A stretch of 54,530 nucleotides of DNA from Nanobdellota archaeon (GTDB taxonomy: Archaea > Nanobdellota > Nanobdellia > Pacearchaeales > GW2011-AR1), in NCBI GenBank assembly GCA_038045405.1, contig JBBSYF010000015.1:1-54530 (forward strand), in the 5' to 3' direction. The notes below the pieces were generated by a model. That model was given only the letters and a program-made list of their open reading frames with translations, was not told where the DNA came from and did not search any database. Each line of letters starts with the position of its first letter. Positions within the stretch are counted from its first letter, which is position 1. A program made the translations under genes and the position numbers. This document shows, piece by piece, positions 9,594 to 18,544 of the stretch.

Positions 9594-10025
9594 ATGGAAA
9601 AAAGTCCTGTTTACGAGTTAAATGTTGGAGAGTACAATCTAAAGTTAGCTGAAGCTTTGAAAAAAGTTCCTGAATTTGAAAAACCAGAATGGGTTTCATT
9701 TGTGAAATCTGGACCGGGAAAATCAAGACCTATCGACGACCTTGACTTCTGGCACAAAAGAGCAGCAAGTATTCTAAAACAGATTTATAGAAAGAAAATT
9801 CTTGGAGTAAGCAGACTCAGAACAAGATATGGAAGCAAGAAGCAACGTGGTGTGCGCCCTGAAGAATTCAGAAAAGCAGGCGGAAAAATAATTAGAACCA
9901 TTCTTCAGCAATCTGATAGGGCTGGCTTCACAGAAATTGCAAAAGGAATGAAAGGCATTAAGGGGAAAAAGCCAGGAAGACAATTAACTGAAAAGGGAAA
10001 AGCATTTTTGGAGGCAATAAATTAA
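9594..10025 (+). CDS. rps19e: ribosomal protein eS19
   Basis: PEWVSFVKSG...FWHKRAASILKQIY...GVSRLRTRYGSKKQRGVRP is the typical S19e core. Confidence 0.9.
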   Translation: MEKSPVYELNVGEYNLKLAEALKKVPEFEKPEWVSFVKSGPGKSRPIDDLDFWHKRAASILKQIYRKKILGVSRLRTRYGSKKQRGVRPEEFRKAGGKIIRTILQQSDRAGFTEIAKGMKGIKGKKPGRQLTEKGKAFLEAIN

Positions 10026-10026
10026 A

Positions 10027-10230
10027 ATGGGAATAAAAAATCCTCAGAAAAAAACAAAACTTGCAGTAAAGGCAAGACAGACTAAATGGGCTCCAGTTTG
10101 GGCTGTTTTAAAAAAATTCGGACCTGGAAAGAGAATACACCCTTCGAGTATAACAAGACAGAAAAGATCCTGGAGAAGAACAAAACTTCACGTTACACCA
10201 AGAAGACAAAGGAAGTCTCACTTCGGTTAA
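10027..10230 (+). CDS. rpl39e: ribosomal protein eL39 (with short terminal extensions)
   Basis: KTKLAVKARQTKWAPVWAVLK...RSWRRTKLHV matches the eL39 pattern. It starts 2 nt after eS19. Confidence 0.85.
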   Translation: MGIKNPQKKTKLAVKARQTKWAPVWAVLKKFGPGKRIHPSSITRQKRSWRRTKLHVTPRRQRKSHFG

Positions 10231-10254
10231 GGATAAAAATTAAACAAAAATAAA

Positions 10255-10827
10255 ATGGCTGAAAAAACAGAAACAAAGGTTGAAAAGAAAGACGAATTAG
10301 AAAGAGAGTACACTATTCCTCTTAGAAGTCAAGTTAACAAAGTTCCCGTATACAAAAGAGCTAATAAAGCGATAAGAACAATAAAGGAATTTTTAGTTAG
10401 GCATATGAAAATTCGGGATAGAGACTTGGACAAAGTGAAGATTGACAGATATTTGAATGAGTTTATTTGGTACAGAGGAATAAAGAAACCTCCAGCAAGA
10501 ATCAAAGTAAAAGCAACAATGGACGGCGAGTTTGTGAGAGCAGAGCTTGCTGAGATTGGAGAAAAATACGGATTCAAAAAGGCAAAATTAGAAAGAAGAA
10601 GTTTGAAGGCTTCGGAATCTGTAGGCAAGAAAAAACCTTCAAAAGCAACGGAAGAAAAAGCAGAGGAAAAGACGGAAGAAGAAGTTAAAGAAATTGAGGA
10701 AAAGAAAGAATCCGTCGTCGAAATGGGAAAGAAGATGGAAAAACAGGCCGCAAATAAGATGAAGCATATTTCTGGCGGAAAAGACAAAGAGCCAAAGCAC
10801 CCCCACCGAATGAGTTTAAGAAAATAA
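10255..10827 (+). CDS. rpl31e: ribosomal protein eL31 with a ~100-aa K/E-rich C-terminal extension
   Basis: EREYTIPLR...YKRANKAIRTIKEFLVRHMK...LNEFIWYRGIKKPPARIKVKA is the eL31 core. It is followed by a low-complexity KE tail. Confidence 0.85.
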   Translation: MAEKTETKVEKKDELEREYTIPLRSQVNKVPVYKRANKAIRTIKEFLVRHMKIRDRDLDKVKIDRYLNEFIWYRGIKKPPARIKVKATMDGEFVRAELAEIGEKYGFKKAKLERRSLKASESVGKKKPSKATEEKAEEKTEEEVKEIEEKKESVVEMGKKMEKQAANKMKHISGGKDKEPKHPHRMSLRK

Positions 10828-10943
10828 TTCTTCGCCTAAAAGATTAAGTTAATATTGTAAAATCAAGATAGTTATAATGTAATTTTATCTTTTAATAATG
10901 TTGGATTGTAAAAATATTTAAGTTCTCTCAAATTTAGTTTAAA

Positions 10944-11654
10944 ATGGAACTTGAAAACCTAAAAAAAGAACTTCAAGAGTTGAAAAATCCTGAAAGAGCT
11001 AAAGCTTCTCAAAGATATTTTAAAACAGGAAAAGGGCAATATGCACAGGGAGATATTTTTATCGGGTTAACAAATCCTATTCTGAGAACAATTTCAAAAA
11101 GATATATTGGTTTAAGTTATCAAGAGATTCAAGAGTTATTGAGTAGTAAAATTCATGAGTATCGTCTTATTGCACTTTTGATATTGGTTCATAAATACAA
11201 AAAAGCAAAAAAGGACAGGCTTGAGAAGAGAAAAATTTACGAACTTTATTTGAAGAATACTGAGAACATAAACAATTGGGATTTAGTTGATATAAGTGCT
11301 CCACACATCGTCGGAGATTTCTTACAAAGAGAGGGAACAGAAATACTGACCAGACTTGCTAAGTCAGAGAATATATGGGAAAGAAGAATCGCGGTTCTTT
11401 CAACATTTCCATTCATTAAGAAGAATCAGTTCGGGGAAACTTTGGCAATATCTGAAACCCTTATGAATGATGAACACGATTTGATTCACAAGGCAGTGGG
11501 TTGGGGATTAAGAGAAGTCGGGAAAAAGAATAAGGGAGTGTTAGAACTTTTCCTTATGCAACGATACAAAAGTATGCCTAGAACAATGTTAAGATATGCT
11601 ATTGAGAAGTTTCCTGAGGAAAGAAGGAAAGATTATCTAAAAGGGAAAGTGTGA
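10944..11654 (+). CDS. DNA alkylation repair protein (AlkD-like HEAT repeat)
   Basis: NPERAKASQRYFKTGKGQYAQGDIFIGL, NNWDLVD and WERRIAVLS are typical of the AlkD/AlkC-like family. Confidence 0.78.
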   Translation: MELENLKKELQELKNPERAKASQRYFKTGKGQYAQGDIFIGLTNPILRTISKRYIGLSYQEIQELLSSKIHEYRLIALLILVHKYKKAKKDRLEKRKIYELYLKNTENINNWDLVDISAPHIVGDFLQREGTEILTRLAKSENIWERRIAVLSTFPFIKKNQFGETLAISETLMNDEHDLIHKAVGWGLREVGKKNKGVLELFLMQRYKSMPRTMLRYAIEKFPEERRKDYLKGKV

Positions 11655-11672
11655 ATTCCATTCGGTCTAAGG

Positions 11673-12143
11673 TTAGTGTGTGGTTGCTAAATCTTTTCTA
11701 ACAAATTCTATAAACTCAACACCACCTTCTTCAAGCATTGTCCTCGCTTTTTTCAAATTTTCCAGCCAATTTTCTGGAATGGGTTTGTATGCTGCTCCAA
11801 CAACCTTGACTATTCCTGACTGGATTATTGCTTTTGAACAGTCCATACATGGTAGAGTTGGGGGGCCGAAACCAACGAGGTATAAAGTTGTACCCCTTAG
11901 AGCAATTCCGTGTCTTGCTGCATTATATATTGAATTAACCTCTGCATGGCAGACATACTCGTATTTAAGAGGTCTTTGCCATCTTTCTTCTTGTTCTCCA
12001 ACCTTTCTCGGAAATCCATTGTACCCTGTAGAAATAATTTGATTTTCGGGCCCTATAATGACTGCACCTATTTGGCTCGAAGGGTCTTTTGATTTAAGTC
12101 TAACAGTCTCTGCAATTTTTATGAAGTATTCATCCCAGTCCAT
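11673..12143 (-). CDS. dCMP deaminase (ComEB-type)
   Basis: Zinc motifs CHAEVNSI and PCMDCSKAI. N-terminus DWDEYFIKIAETV. Confidence 0.87.
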   Translation of the reverse strand: MDWDEYFIKIAETVRLKSKDPSSQIGAVIIGPENQIISTGYNGFPRKVGEQEERWQRPLKYEYVCHAEVNSIYNAARHGIALRGTTLYLVGFGPPTLPCMDCSKAIIQSGIVKVVGAAYKPIPENWLENLKKARTMLEEGGVEFIEFVRKDLATTH

Positions 12144-12183
12144 ACTTTTACACAGAAAAAACGTTTATAAGAATTTATGTGTT

Positions 12184-12792
12184 TTATTTCAAAATCTTTC
12201 CGGTTTCATGATACCACAAGTATAAGTCTAATTCTCCGAGATTAGTTTTTGTTTCTTTTGCTAATTTACGCAAAACCTCTTCAATTTCAAGATATTTCTT
12301 AGATGTTAATGATTTGCTTTTTGGTTTTTCAATCAAGTCATTTTTGACCAAAACATCGACGATATGAAAATCAATAACTGCATAATTCTTGAAGCCAATG
12401 TTTCTTAGAAAATGAGAGGCTTCTTTCATTCCTAAACCTTTTATGTTTTTAACAAGATGATTTCTCACGTCTTTGTCATGAATATTTATCTTTTTGAAAG
12501 AATTTCTGGCTTCGTATAAATAACCAGCACGAATTGTGTGAAATCTGTAAATTTCTTCAAGTTTTTTCTGAATATCTTTTTGTGAGCCAGTAAAGAGAGT
12601 GTCTCCTAAATGACTTATTGTTCGTAATCCAAGTTCCGTGCTAGTTCCAGCAGTGAGGATACAAAAAGCCAGCTCGCGAAAAAGGCTATTGAAATCTCGA
12701 GGGATATTTTCAAACTCTTTAAGCCTCGTATCAACTGTTTTCCTAATAGGAGAAGACTTTAGAGAGTTAACCACAGAAATTAAAGAGTTCAT
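12184..12792 (-). CDS. ogg: archaeal 8-oxoguanine DNA glycosylase/lyase (Ogg2-type HhH-GPD)
   Basis: HhH-GPD segment IKGLGMKEASHFLRNIGFKNYAVIDFHIVDVL with a catalytic Lys/Asp pattern. Confidence 0.72.
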   Translation of the reverse strand: MNSLISVVNSLKSSPIRKTVDTRLKEFENIPRDFNSLFRELAFCILTAGTSTELGLRTISHLGDTLFTGSQKDIQKKLEEIYRFHTIRAGYLYEARNSFKKINIHDKDVRNHLVKNIKGLGMKEASHFLRNIGFKNYAVIDFHIVDVLVKNDLIEKPKSKSLTSKKYLEIEEVLRKLAKETKTNLGELDLYLWYHETGKILK

Positions 12793-13409
12793 TTTATTTT
12801 CTTGATTTGTTCAACCAATGCGTCTTTCTTTCTTCTGCTTGTATAAGTTTTTCCAAATCTTACTAAAGTGTCGTTGACTTGGCCCCAGTATTTTTGTGGG
12901 AAAATACTTTTCAAGTCTTCTTCAACTTGTTTTTGATTTGTGCTTTTCGTCCAACCCATTTTGTTAGACAAGTAAGAAACATGGGTGTCAACTCCTATAG
13001 AGTCTTGGCCCTGTTCAGCAAGAAAGACATTCGCAGTTTTTCTTCCAACTCCGGGAAGTTCAATAAGTTTCTCGAAGTCGTGAGGAACACTACCCTTATA
13101 TTCAGAGACTAATTCTTTTGCACAGGCAAGGATGCTCTTTGATTTGTTTTTGTAGAAGTTTACTTTTTTTATTTTTTCTTCAATCTCTGTTAAAGATGCT
13201 TTGGAAAGTTTTTCGGCTGTTGGATACTCTTGAAAAAGGCCTTCGGCCACAACTATAGTAGTCTCATCTCTTGTTCTTGCAGAAAGAATTATCGAAACCA
13301 GAATTTGAAAGTCGTTTTTCCAAGATTCTGCAGCTAAACGCATCTCTTCAGAGTTTTTTCCAAGTTTTTCAAACTCTTTTAATTGCCGAATTGCTCTCTC
13401 TTTATCCAT
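12789..13409 (-). CDS. nth: endonuclease III-like glycosylase lacking the Fe-S cluster loop
   Basis: ILSARTRDE, LPGVGRKTANVFL (HhH with catalytic Lys), IGVDTHV. There is only one Cys in the whole protein and no C-terminal Cx6Cx2Cx5C. Confidence 0.82.
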   Translation of the reverse strand: MDKERAIRQLKEFEKLGKNSEEMRLAAESWKNDFQILVSIILSARTRDETTIVVAEGLFQEYPTAEKLSKASLTEIEEKIKKVNFYKNKSKSILACAKELVSEYKGSVPHDFEKLIELPGVGRKTANVFLAEQGQDSIGVDTHVSYLSNKMGWTKSTNQKQVEEDLKSIFPQKYWGQVNDTLVRFGKTYTSRRKKDALVEQIKKIK

Positions 13410-13444
13410 GATGTTTTTTGGGAAATTGTGATTAAATATTTATT

Positions 13445-13559
13445 GATAGTTAGGCTCTGTCCGGAGTTAGCATATTTTGAAGATTGACTTGTCTCTTTAA
13501 GCCTTAAAAGAACCAAATTATTTTTTAAAGAGTCCATTCCGGACAGAGCCGATAGTTAG
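13445..13559. repeat. MITE-like or structured element: 13-bp perfect inverted repeat flanked by a 9-bp direct repeat
   Basis: GATAGTTAG (13445-13453), GGCTCTGTCCGGA (13453-13465), ~72 nt with an inner CTCTTTAA/TTAAAGAG stem, TCCGGACAGAGCC (13538-13550), GATAGTTAG (13551-13559). Confidence 0.4.
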
Positions 13560-13603
13560 TTTTTTAAAGGGGAGATAATTTTGACAAAGACAGGAGGTAT
13601 AAA

Positions 13604-13987
13604 ATGAATAAATCAGACAGACATATGTTTGGTCACACTCTTTTGAGGGTGACTCTTGGACTGTTGTTCGCTATAGCTGGATACAAAAAATTAATGAATC
13701 CTGAAGGAGTTGTAGGCATGCTTACTGGAATAGGATTCATAGTTCCAACGTTCTTTGCATGGATTTTGATATTATCAGAACTCATTTTTGGTGTTTTGGT
13801 TTTTGTCGGATATAAAACAAAGTACACAGCCTGGCCTTTAGCATTTATAATGTTAGTAGCTGAAACAACTGTGGTAGCTCCAAGTGGATTTTGGGGGTCT
13901 AATTCCTTTTTCCATTTGATTACTATTGCTGGACTTGCAACAATAGCTTTGACTGGACCTGGGAAATGGGCACTTAGCAGAGATTAG
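13604..13987 (+). CDS. DoxX family membrane protein
   Basis: LLRVTLGLLFAIAGYKKL plus four TM helices of DoxX size (127 aa). AGGAGG lies upstream. Confidence 0.78.
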   Translation: MNKSDRHMFGHTLLRVTLGLLFAIAGYKKLMNPEGVVGMLTGIGFIVPTFFAWILILSELIFGVLVFVGYKTKYTAWPLAFIMLVAETTVVAPSGFWGSNSFFHLITIAGLATIALTGPGKWALSRD

Positions 13988-14040
13988 TTTCAATTTTGTT
14001 TTTTATTTTTGTCTTGTTTTTTGGTTTGAAGGTTTTTACA

Positions 14041-15072
14041 ATGAAAGAACTGGTAATAATTGGGGGAGGCTTTGCAGGAACAAAGATAGCCGGAAAGCTA
14101 CAAAAAGTATTCAAGGTTACGTTAATAGACAACAAGGATTATTTTGAGTTTACTCCAGGAATTCTAAAATCATTAGTACACCCTGAGCGTTTAAAGAGTA
14201 TTGAGGCTCATCACAAAGATTATCTAAAAAAAACTAAAGTAATAAAAGATTTAGTTGTTGCAATTAAGAATAAGAATGTTATTCTAAAAAATGGCAGGGC
14301 GGTAAAATTCGATTACTTGGTTATTGCTTCTGGATCAAAGTACACTTCTCCAATAAAAACAAAAGATATTGTTCTTGCAGATAAAGGAACGAGGCTAACA
14401 GTACATCACGAGAAGTTCAAAAGATGTAAGAATATGATAATTGTTGGTGGAGGGCTTGTTGGTGTGGAGTTGGCCGGGGAAATAACAGAAAGGTACTCAG
14501 AGAAAAAAGTAACTATTATCCACTCTGGAGATTGTCTTATGAAGAGAAACAACGCAAAGTCGAGAAAGTTTGTCAAAGAGTTTCTCGAAAAAAGAGGGGT
14601 TAAATTAATATTTAATGAAAGGGTTCAAAAAATGAGTAAAGGATTTGTTGAAACTGATAAAAAGAATAAGTTTGAATGCGATTTGGCTATTCTATGCACA
14701 GGAATAAAACCAAATTCAGAGTTTATGAGTAAAACCTTATTAGACTGGAAAGGATTCATAGAAGTTAATAATCATTTGCAAATGAGGGGGAGTGGGGATA
14801 TCTTTGTGTGCGGAGATGTGGCAGCTATCAACGAGGAAAAAACAGCTCAGGCAGCAGAGAAACAGGCAGATGTAGTTATAACCAATTTAAAATTAATGGA
14901 AAAACAAAAAAGTCTTGAAAGATATCATTCAAAAATAAGACCCGCAGTTATTAGTCTAGGAAGGCGGAATGGTATCTTCGAACATGGTAATTTTGTTATG
15001 ACTGGATTGATTCCTGCTTTTTTGAAATGGGCAATTGAGAGAAAAACTATGCTAAAGTACGGAAGGATTTGA
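14041..15072 (+). CDS. FAD-dependent pyridine nucleotide-disulfide oxidoreductase (NDH-2/AIF-like)
   Basis: Rossmann motifs VIIGGGFAG and IIVGGGLVGVELAGE, plus a C-terminal VCGDVA. The start is moved to ATG 14041, because the TTG-initiated extension at 13996 is a T-rich spacer. Confidence 0.8.
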   Translation: MKELVIIGGGFAGTKIAGKLQKVFKVTLIDNKDYFEFTPGILKSLVHPERLKSIEAHHKDYLKKTKVIKDLVVAIKNKNVILKNGRAVKFDYLVIASGSKYTSPIKTKDIVLADKGTRLTVHHEKFKRCKNMIIVGGGLVGVELAGEITERYSEKKVTIIHSGDCLMKRNNAKSRKFVKEFLEKRGVKLIFNERVQKMSKGFVETDKKNKFECDLAILCTGIKPNSEFMSKTLLDWKGFIEVNNHLQMRGSGDIFVCGDVAAINEEKTAQAAEKQADVVITNLKLMEKQKSLERYHSKIRPAVISLGRRNGIFEHGNFVMTGLIPAFLKWAIERKTMLKYGRI

Positions 15073-15073
15073 A

Positions 15074-15955
15074 ATGGTTAATAAAGATATAGAAAAAATA
15101 AAGAGTGAACGAACGATTAAAGAGCTACTAGAGTTCGGAATTATTAACATTGACAAACCTTCTGGGCCGACGAGTTTTGATATTTCTGATTTTGTAAGGA
15201 AAAAGCTTGGATTGCGAAAGACAAGCCATTTTGGAACTTTGGATCCAATGGTTACGGGGGTTCTGCCTATTGCTTTGAACAGAGGTTGTAAGCTAACAGG
15301 ATTTTTTCTGGGAGAAGACAAAGAGTATGTTGGAATAATGAGAATTCATGAAGATGTTTCTTTGAAGGATGTTGAGAAAATGATAAAAGAAAAATTCTTT
15401 GGTAAGATAACACAAATGCCTCCAGTAAAATCACGTGTAAAGAGGCAGGAACGTGAAAGAGAAATAAAATCATTCAAAATTATAGAAAAAGACGGGCAGA
15501 ATTTTTTGTTTCAAGTAGAGTGCCAGGGAGGAACGTACATAAGAAAGCTTGTCCACGATTTAGGAGAAGCTCTTGGAACGGGAGCACATATGCTTGAACT
15601 GAGAAGAATCAGAGCAGGGATATTTGAGGAATGTGATAAAATTTACCCTATCGTAAATCTTTACGATTTTGAAAGTGCGGTAGATGAATATCAAAAGGGA
15701 AATGAAAAACTTTTAAGAGACATTATCCTTCCTGGAGAAGTTGTTTTCAAATTATTTCCTGTTGTGGAAATAAAGGAGACATCATTGAAACAAATTTTAA
15801 CTGGAAAACCTTTAATGAAATCAGACTTAGCGCCAAAGTCGCCAATTCCGAAAGAAGAACTTATTGTAGTTTTTCATAAAAACAGGCTTATAGCAATAAT
15901 GAAAAGAGTTGACGATGGTGACATTATTGCGAGAGCTGAGTTCGTTTATAATTAA
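15074..15955 (+). CDS. cbf5: tRNA/rRNA pseudouridine synthase Cbf5 (TruB family, with PUA domain)
   Basis: INIDKPSGPTSFD and HFGTLDPMVTGVLPI (catalytic Asp). The C-terminal PUA-like region carries ILTGKPL. Confidence 0.92.
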   Translation: MVNKDIEKIKSERTIKELLEFGIINIDKPSGPTSFDISDFVRKKLGLRKTSHFGTLDPMVTGVLPIALNRGCKLTGFFLGEDKEYVGIMRIHEDVSLKDVEKMIKEKFFGKITQMPPVKSRVKRQEREREIKSFKIIEKDGQNFLFQVECQGGTYIRKLVHDLGEALGTGAHMLELRRIRAGIFEECDKIYPIVNLYDFESAVDEYQKGNEKLLRDIILPGEVVFKLFPVVEIKETSLKQILTGKPLMKSDLAPKSPIPKEELIVVFHKNRLIAIMKRVDDGDIIARAEFVYN

Positions 15956-16001
15956 TGTTTCTTATCAAAACACTTTTAAGTAATCTTTTCTAAGAGATAA
16001 T

Positions 16002-16583
16002 ATGCGTGAATTTGTTTATTTTTCAAGTGAGGCTGCGACTTCTGGCAACTTTGATGTCAATGAATTAATGAGGGCTGGAAGAATGGACATTGCCGTTCAT
16101 TTCATAATAAACTCATTCTTCTTGTCTCATAGCTTAAGGGATGACGTGAGATTACATCTTATCTTTTATGGAATGCCAGACCCCCCAAAGCATATTGAAA
16201 TACAAATAACTCCTGAAACTAAATTAAGCAAAAAGGATGTGGCTAATTTGATAAAGAAGATTCTTTACAAGTATCAACAAGGAAAAAGAGCGGAAGTTAT
16301 GCCAGGATGTTTCATTGAGAAAAAAAGTTTTTTAAAAGTGATAGAAGAACTTGCTAAAGAAAATAAAGAGATTTTTATTCTTGATAAAAAGGGTGAGAGT
16401 ATAAGAAAGGCAAAAATTCCTAAGGATAGTGTTTTTGTGGTTGGAGATCAGAACGGATTTCCAAAGAAAGAGTTGAAAAGATTAAAGAAATCGTCCCGAC
16501 TGATTTCAGTCGGGCCCAAGGTTTACTTCGCCAGTCAAGTTGCAACCTTGATTAACAACGAGCTGGATTTAAGAGGTTTTTGA
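16002..16583 (+). CDS. trmY: tRNA (pseudouridine54-N1)-methyltransferase TrmY (SPOUT)
   Basis: MREFVYFSSEA...AGRMDIAVHFIINSFFLSHSLRDDVRLHLIFYG closely matches my recollection of the archaeal TrmY N-terminus. It is adjacent to cbf5. Confidence 0.75.
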   Translation: MREFVYFSSEAATSGNFDVNELMRAGRMDIAVHFIINSFFLSHSLRDDVRLHLIFYGMPDPPKHIEIQITPETKLSKKDVANLIKKILYKYQQGKRAEVMPGCFIEKKSFLKVIEELAKENKEIFILDKKGESIRKAKIPKDSVFVVGDQNGFPKKELKRLKKSSRLISVGPKVYFASQVATLINNELDLRGF

Positions 16584-16772
16584 GGTTGTTTTTTGGAATG
16601 TGAAACGAAATTTGAAGTGGGTGAGTAGGAACCCACGTGGCTAGTGGGTTTGAAAAGAGGTTATGAGTTTTAGGTAGAATAGTGAAGAAATTAGCTTATA
16701 AGTCGATTGTGAAAAAACAGTAAAGAAGCGTCTTCCACAAGCTTTTTAAATGAAAAATGGGTCTTTTTTTGA

Positions 16773-17522
16773 ATGGTGAAGATTGTTTTTACTCCTGATT
16801 GGTTTTTAGGAAAAGATGTTTTGATTGATTTCTTCAGTTTTCTAGTTCTGTTCACATTTTTCATACTTGCAGTAAAAACTTACAAGTTGAATAAAAATAG
16901 AAGATTCCTTTACCTCGGTTGGGGATTTGGATTAATTGGACTCGCACAGTTAGCAGCAGTAATTACCAAACTCGTTTTGTATTATGATATAGGGCCAACC
17001 CAAGCAATAGGACAAGCAATAGTAACAAGTAATCTCCTTAGTTCAGTTGATATTTTTTATTATGCAGGATTTTTCTTTCAGAGATTTTTAACTCTCTGCG
17101 GACTTTACATCATATACAGACTTCCTAGGGAGAAAAAATCTATCGGAGATTACATCCTAGTTTTATACTTTATGCTCATATCTGCAATAATCGGTGATGA
17201 ATTTTATTACATTTTCTATCTCACCTCTTTGTTTTTACTTGTAATGATAGTAAGCAACTACTACGAGATATATAAGAAAAACAACTTTACAAACACAAAA
17301 GTGTTAATCGGGGCGTTTTCTCTTTTAGCATTGAGTCAGTTGATATTCATACTTTCTAAAGTTGAGTTTCTTTTTGTTTTGGCAAGTGCAATCGGACTTG
17401 TTAGTTATGTAATCCTTCTTTTCCTTGTCATAAAAATATTGAAATATGGAGAGAAAAAGAAGTCGCATGGGGATAATCTCAGACATGTTGGCGATAATAC
17501 AAGAGAAAAACGGAAGCATTAA
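16773..17522 (+). CDS. polytopic membrane protein, unknown function
   Basis: 249 aa with about 7 TM helices and a basic C-terminal tail. Confidence 0.5.
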   Translation: MVKIVFTPDWFLGKDVLIDFFSFLVLFTFFILAVKTYKLNKNRRFLYLGWGFGLIGLAQLAAVITKLVLYYDIGPTQAIGQAIVTSNLLSSVDIFYYAGFFFQRFLTLCGLYIIYRLPREKKSIGDYILVLYFMLISAIIGDEFYYIFYLTSLFLLVMIVSNYYEIYKKNNFTNTKVLIGAFSLLALSQLIFILSKVEFLFVLASAIGLVSYVILLFLVIKILKYGEKKKSHGDNLRHVGDNTREKRKH

Positions 17523-17718
17523 GCCAACTCATCTGATGTATAAAGCAAATTTGTCACATAACCAGATGAAATCCTATCTCGATGAGTTGATGGGAAAGAA
17601 GCTTGTTGACAAAGAAATGAGCAAAAAGGGAAATAGAATAATCATAACAAAGCCCGGAAGAGATTTTCTTTTGCAATACAACAGAATGCGAGAGTTCGAA
17701 AAGACGTTCGGGTTGTGA
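17446..17718 (+). CDS. winged-helix transcriptional regulator (COG3432-like)
   Basis: [16 protein letters not shown]...[29 protein letters not shown] fits the archaeal wHTH family. It overlaps the upstream ORF by 56-77 nt, so the start is uncertain. Confidence 0.6.
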   Translation: MERKRSRMGIISDMLAIIQEKNGSIKPTHLMYKANLSHNQMKSYLDELMGKKLVDKEMSKKGNRIIITKPGRDFLLQYNRMREFEKTFGL

Positions 17719-17764
17719 ACCCATACTTCATAATATTTATAAATCAAAGTATTGCTAAAATAAG

Positions 17765-18184
17765 ATGACAGAAAGTAAAGATTTCGACATAAACTCTCTT
17801 GCTATTCAGTACGGAGAATACTACAAAATAGACAGAAGAGAAAATGAATCGGACCATATGTACCGAAGCCGTGTTGCTGGAGAATTAAGGGGAAGAGGGA
17901 AGTTAATCGAAGCACACGAAGCAATCTCTGGAAGGAGATATGATGATCCTTATCAGGGGGCTTTGGGACCTCTTACTGGAATTATGGGGGCACTTAATTT
18001 AGCACTTAATGGGCGAAATTTTTCTAGTGATCCAGAGAGAATGGTTGGTGACGACATTGTGGCGGGAGCAATAACAAGATATGAAGACAACTCTGGACGT
18101 GAGGCAATTGCAAGAGTTTTTGGTTTAGTAGGTCCTGGAGCAGGAATGGACTTACTTGAAGCAATGAGAAGGGAACAAAGGTAG
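17765..18184 (+). CDS. hypothetical protein
   Basis: 139-aa ORF that looks locally less AT-rich by eye. No motif recognised. Confidence 0.4.
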   Translation: MTESKDFDINSLAIQYGEYYKIDRRENESDHMYRSRVAGELRGRGKLIEAHEAISGRRYDDPYQGALGPLTGIMGALNLALNGRNFSSDPERMVGDDIVAGAITRYEDNSGREAIARVFGLVGPGAGMDLLEAMRREQR

Positions 18185-18264
18185 AACAAATCCTAAAAAG
18201 TTTTTTCAATGTGTAAAATTTAATCAGATAAAACTTAATAAATCCCTCTTTCTTTTATTTTTCT

Positions 18265-18540
18265 ATGAAGAAATCAGTCAGACTTTACATCGGAGGAACA
18301 GTACAGGATGTCTTTTTTCGCTCTTTTGTTAAAGAAAATGCTGAGAGACATAATTTAAGAGGTTTTGTTAGGAATCTTGAAGATGGAAGGGTTGAGATTT
18401 TTCTTGAAGGAAACCCTGAAGATGTAAATAAAATGATGGAACTTGTGAAGAAGGGGCCAAAACATTCTCAAATAAAGAACATTGAAGTCAAAGAGGAAAA
18501 ATTCCAAGATTTTAAAACCTTCAAAGTGTTACATATTTAA
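18265..18540 (+). CDS. acyP: acylphosphatase
   Basis: GGTVQDVFFRSFVKENAERHNLRGFVRNLEDGRVEIFLEG matches the acylphosphatase signature. Confidence 0.85.
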   Translation: MKKSVRLYIGGTVQDVFFRSFVKENAERHNLRGFVRNLEDGRVEIFLEGNPEDVNKMMELVKKGPKHSQIKNIEVKEEKFQDFKTFKVLHI

Positions 18541-18544
18541 TAAA

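Noticed and set aside
10329-10787. 152-aa minus-strand ORF.
   Set aside because: It is antisense to the eL31 gene and its K/E-rich tail. Its Ser/Phe-rich translation is typical of the reverse frame of GAA/AAG repeats.
13445-13559. H/ACA guide RNA interpretation of the long hairpin (cbf5 is nearby).
   Set aside because: There is no ACA box 3' of the stem, no obvious pseudouridylation pocket and no K-turn. It is kept only as a MITE-like or structured element.
13996-14040. N-terminal extensions in the track: TTG 13996, 18482-18544, 53353-53493, TTG 29191 and TTG 25798.
   Set aside because: Each extension crosses T-rich spacers or overlaps the upstream gene. Internal ATGs give canonical N-termini: a Rossmann GGGFAG, the LysRS start, and signal peptides.
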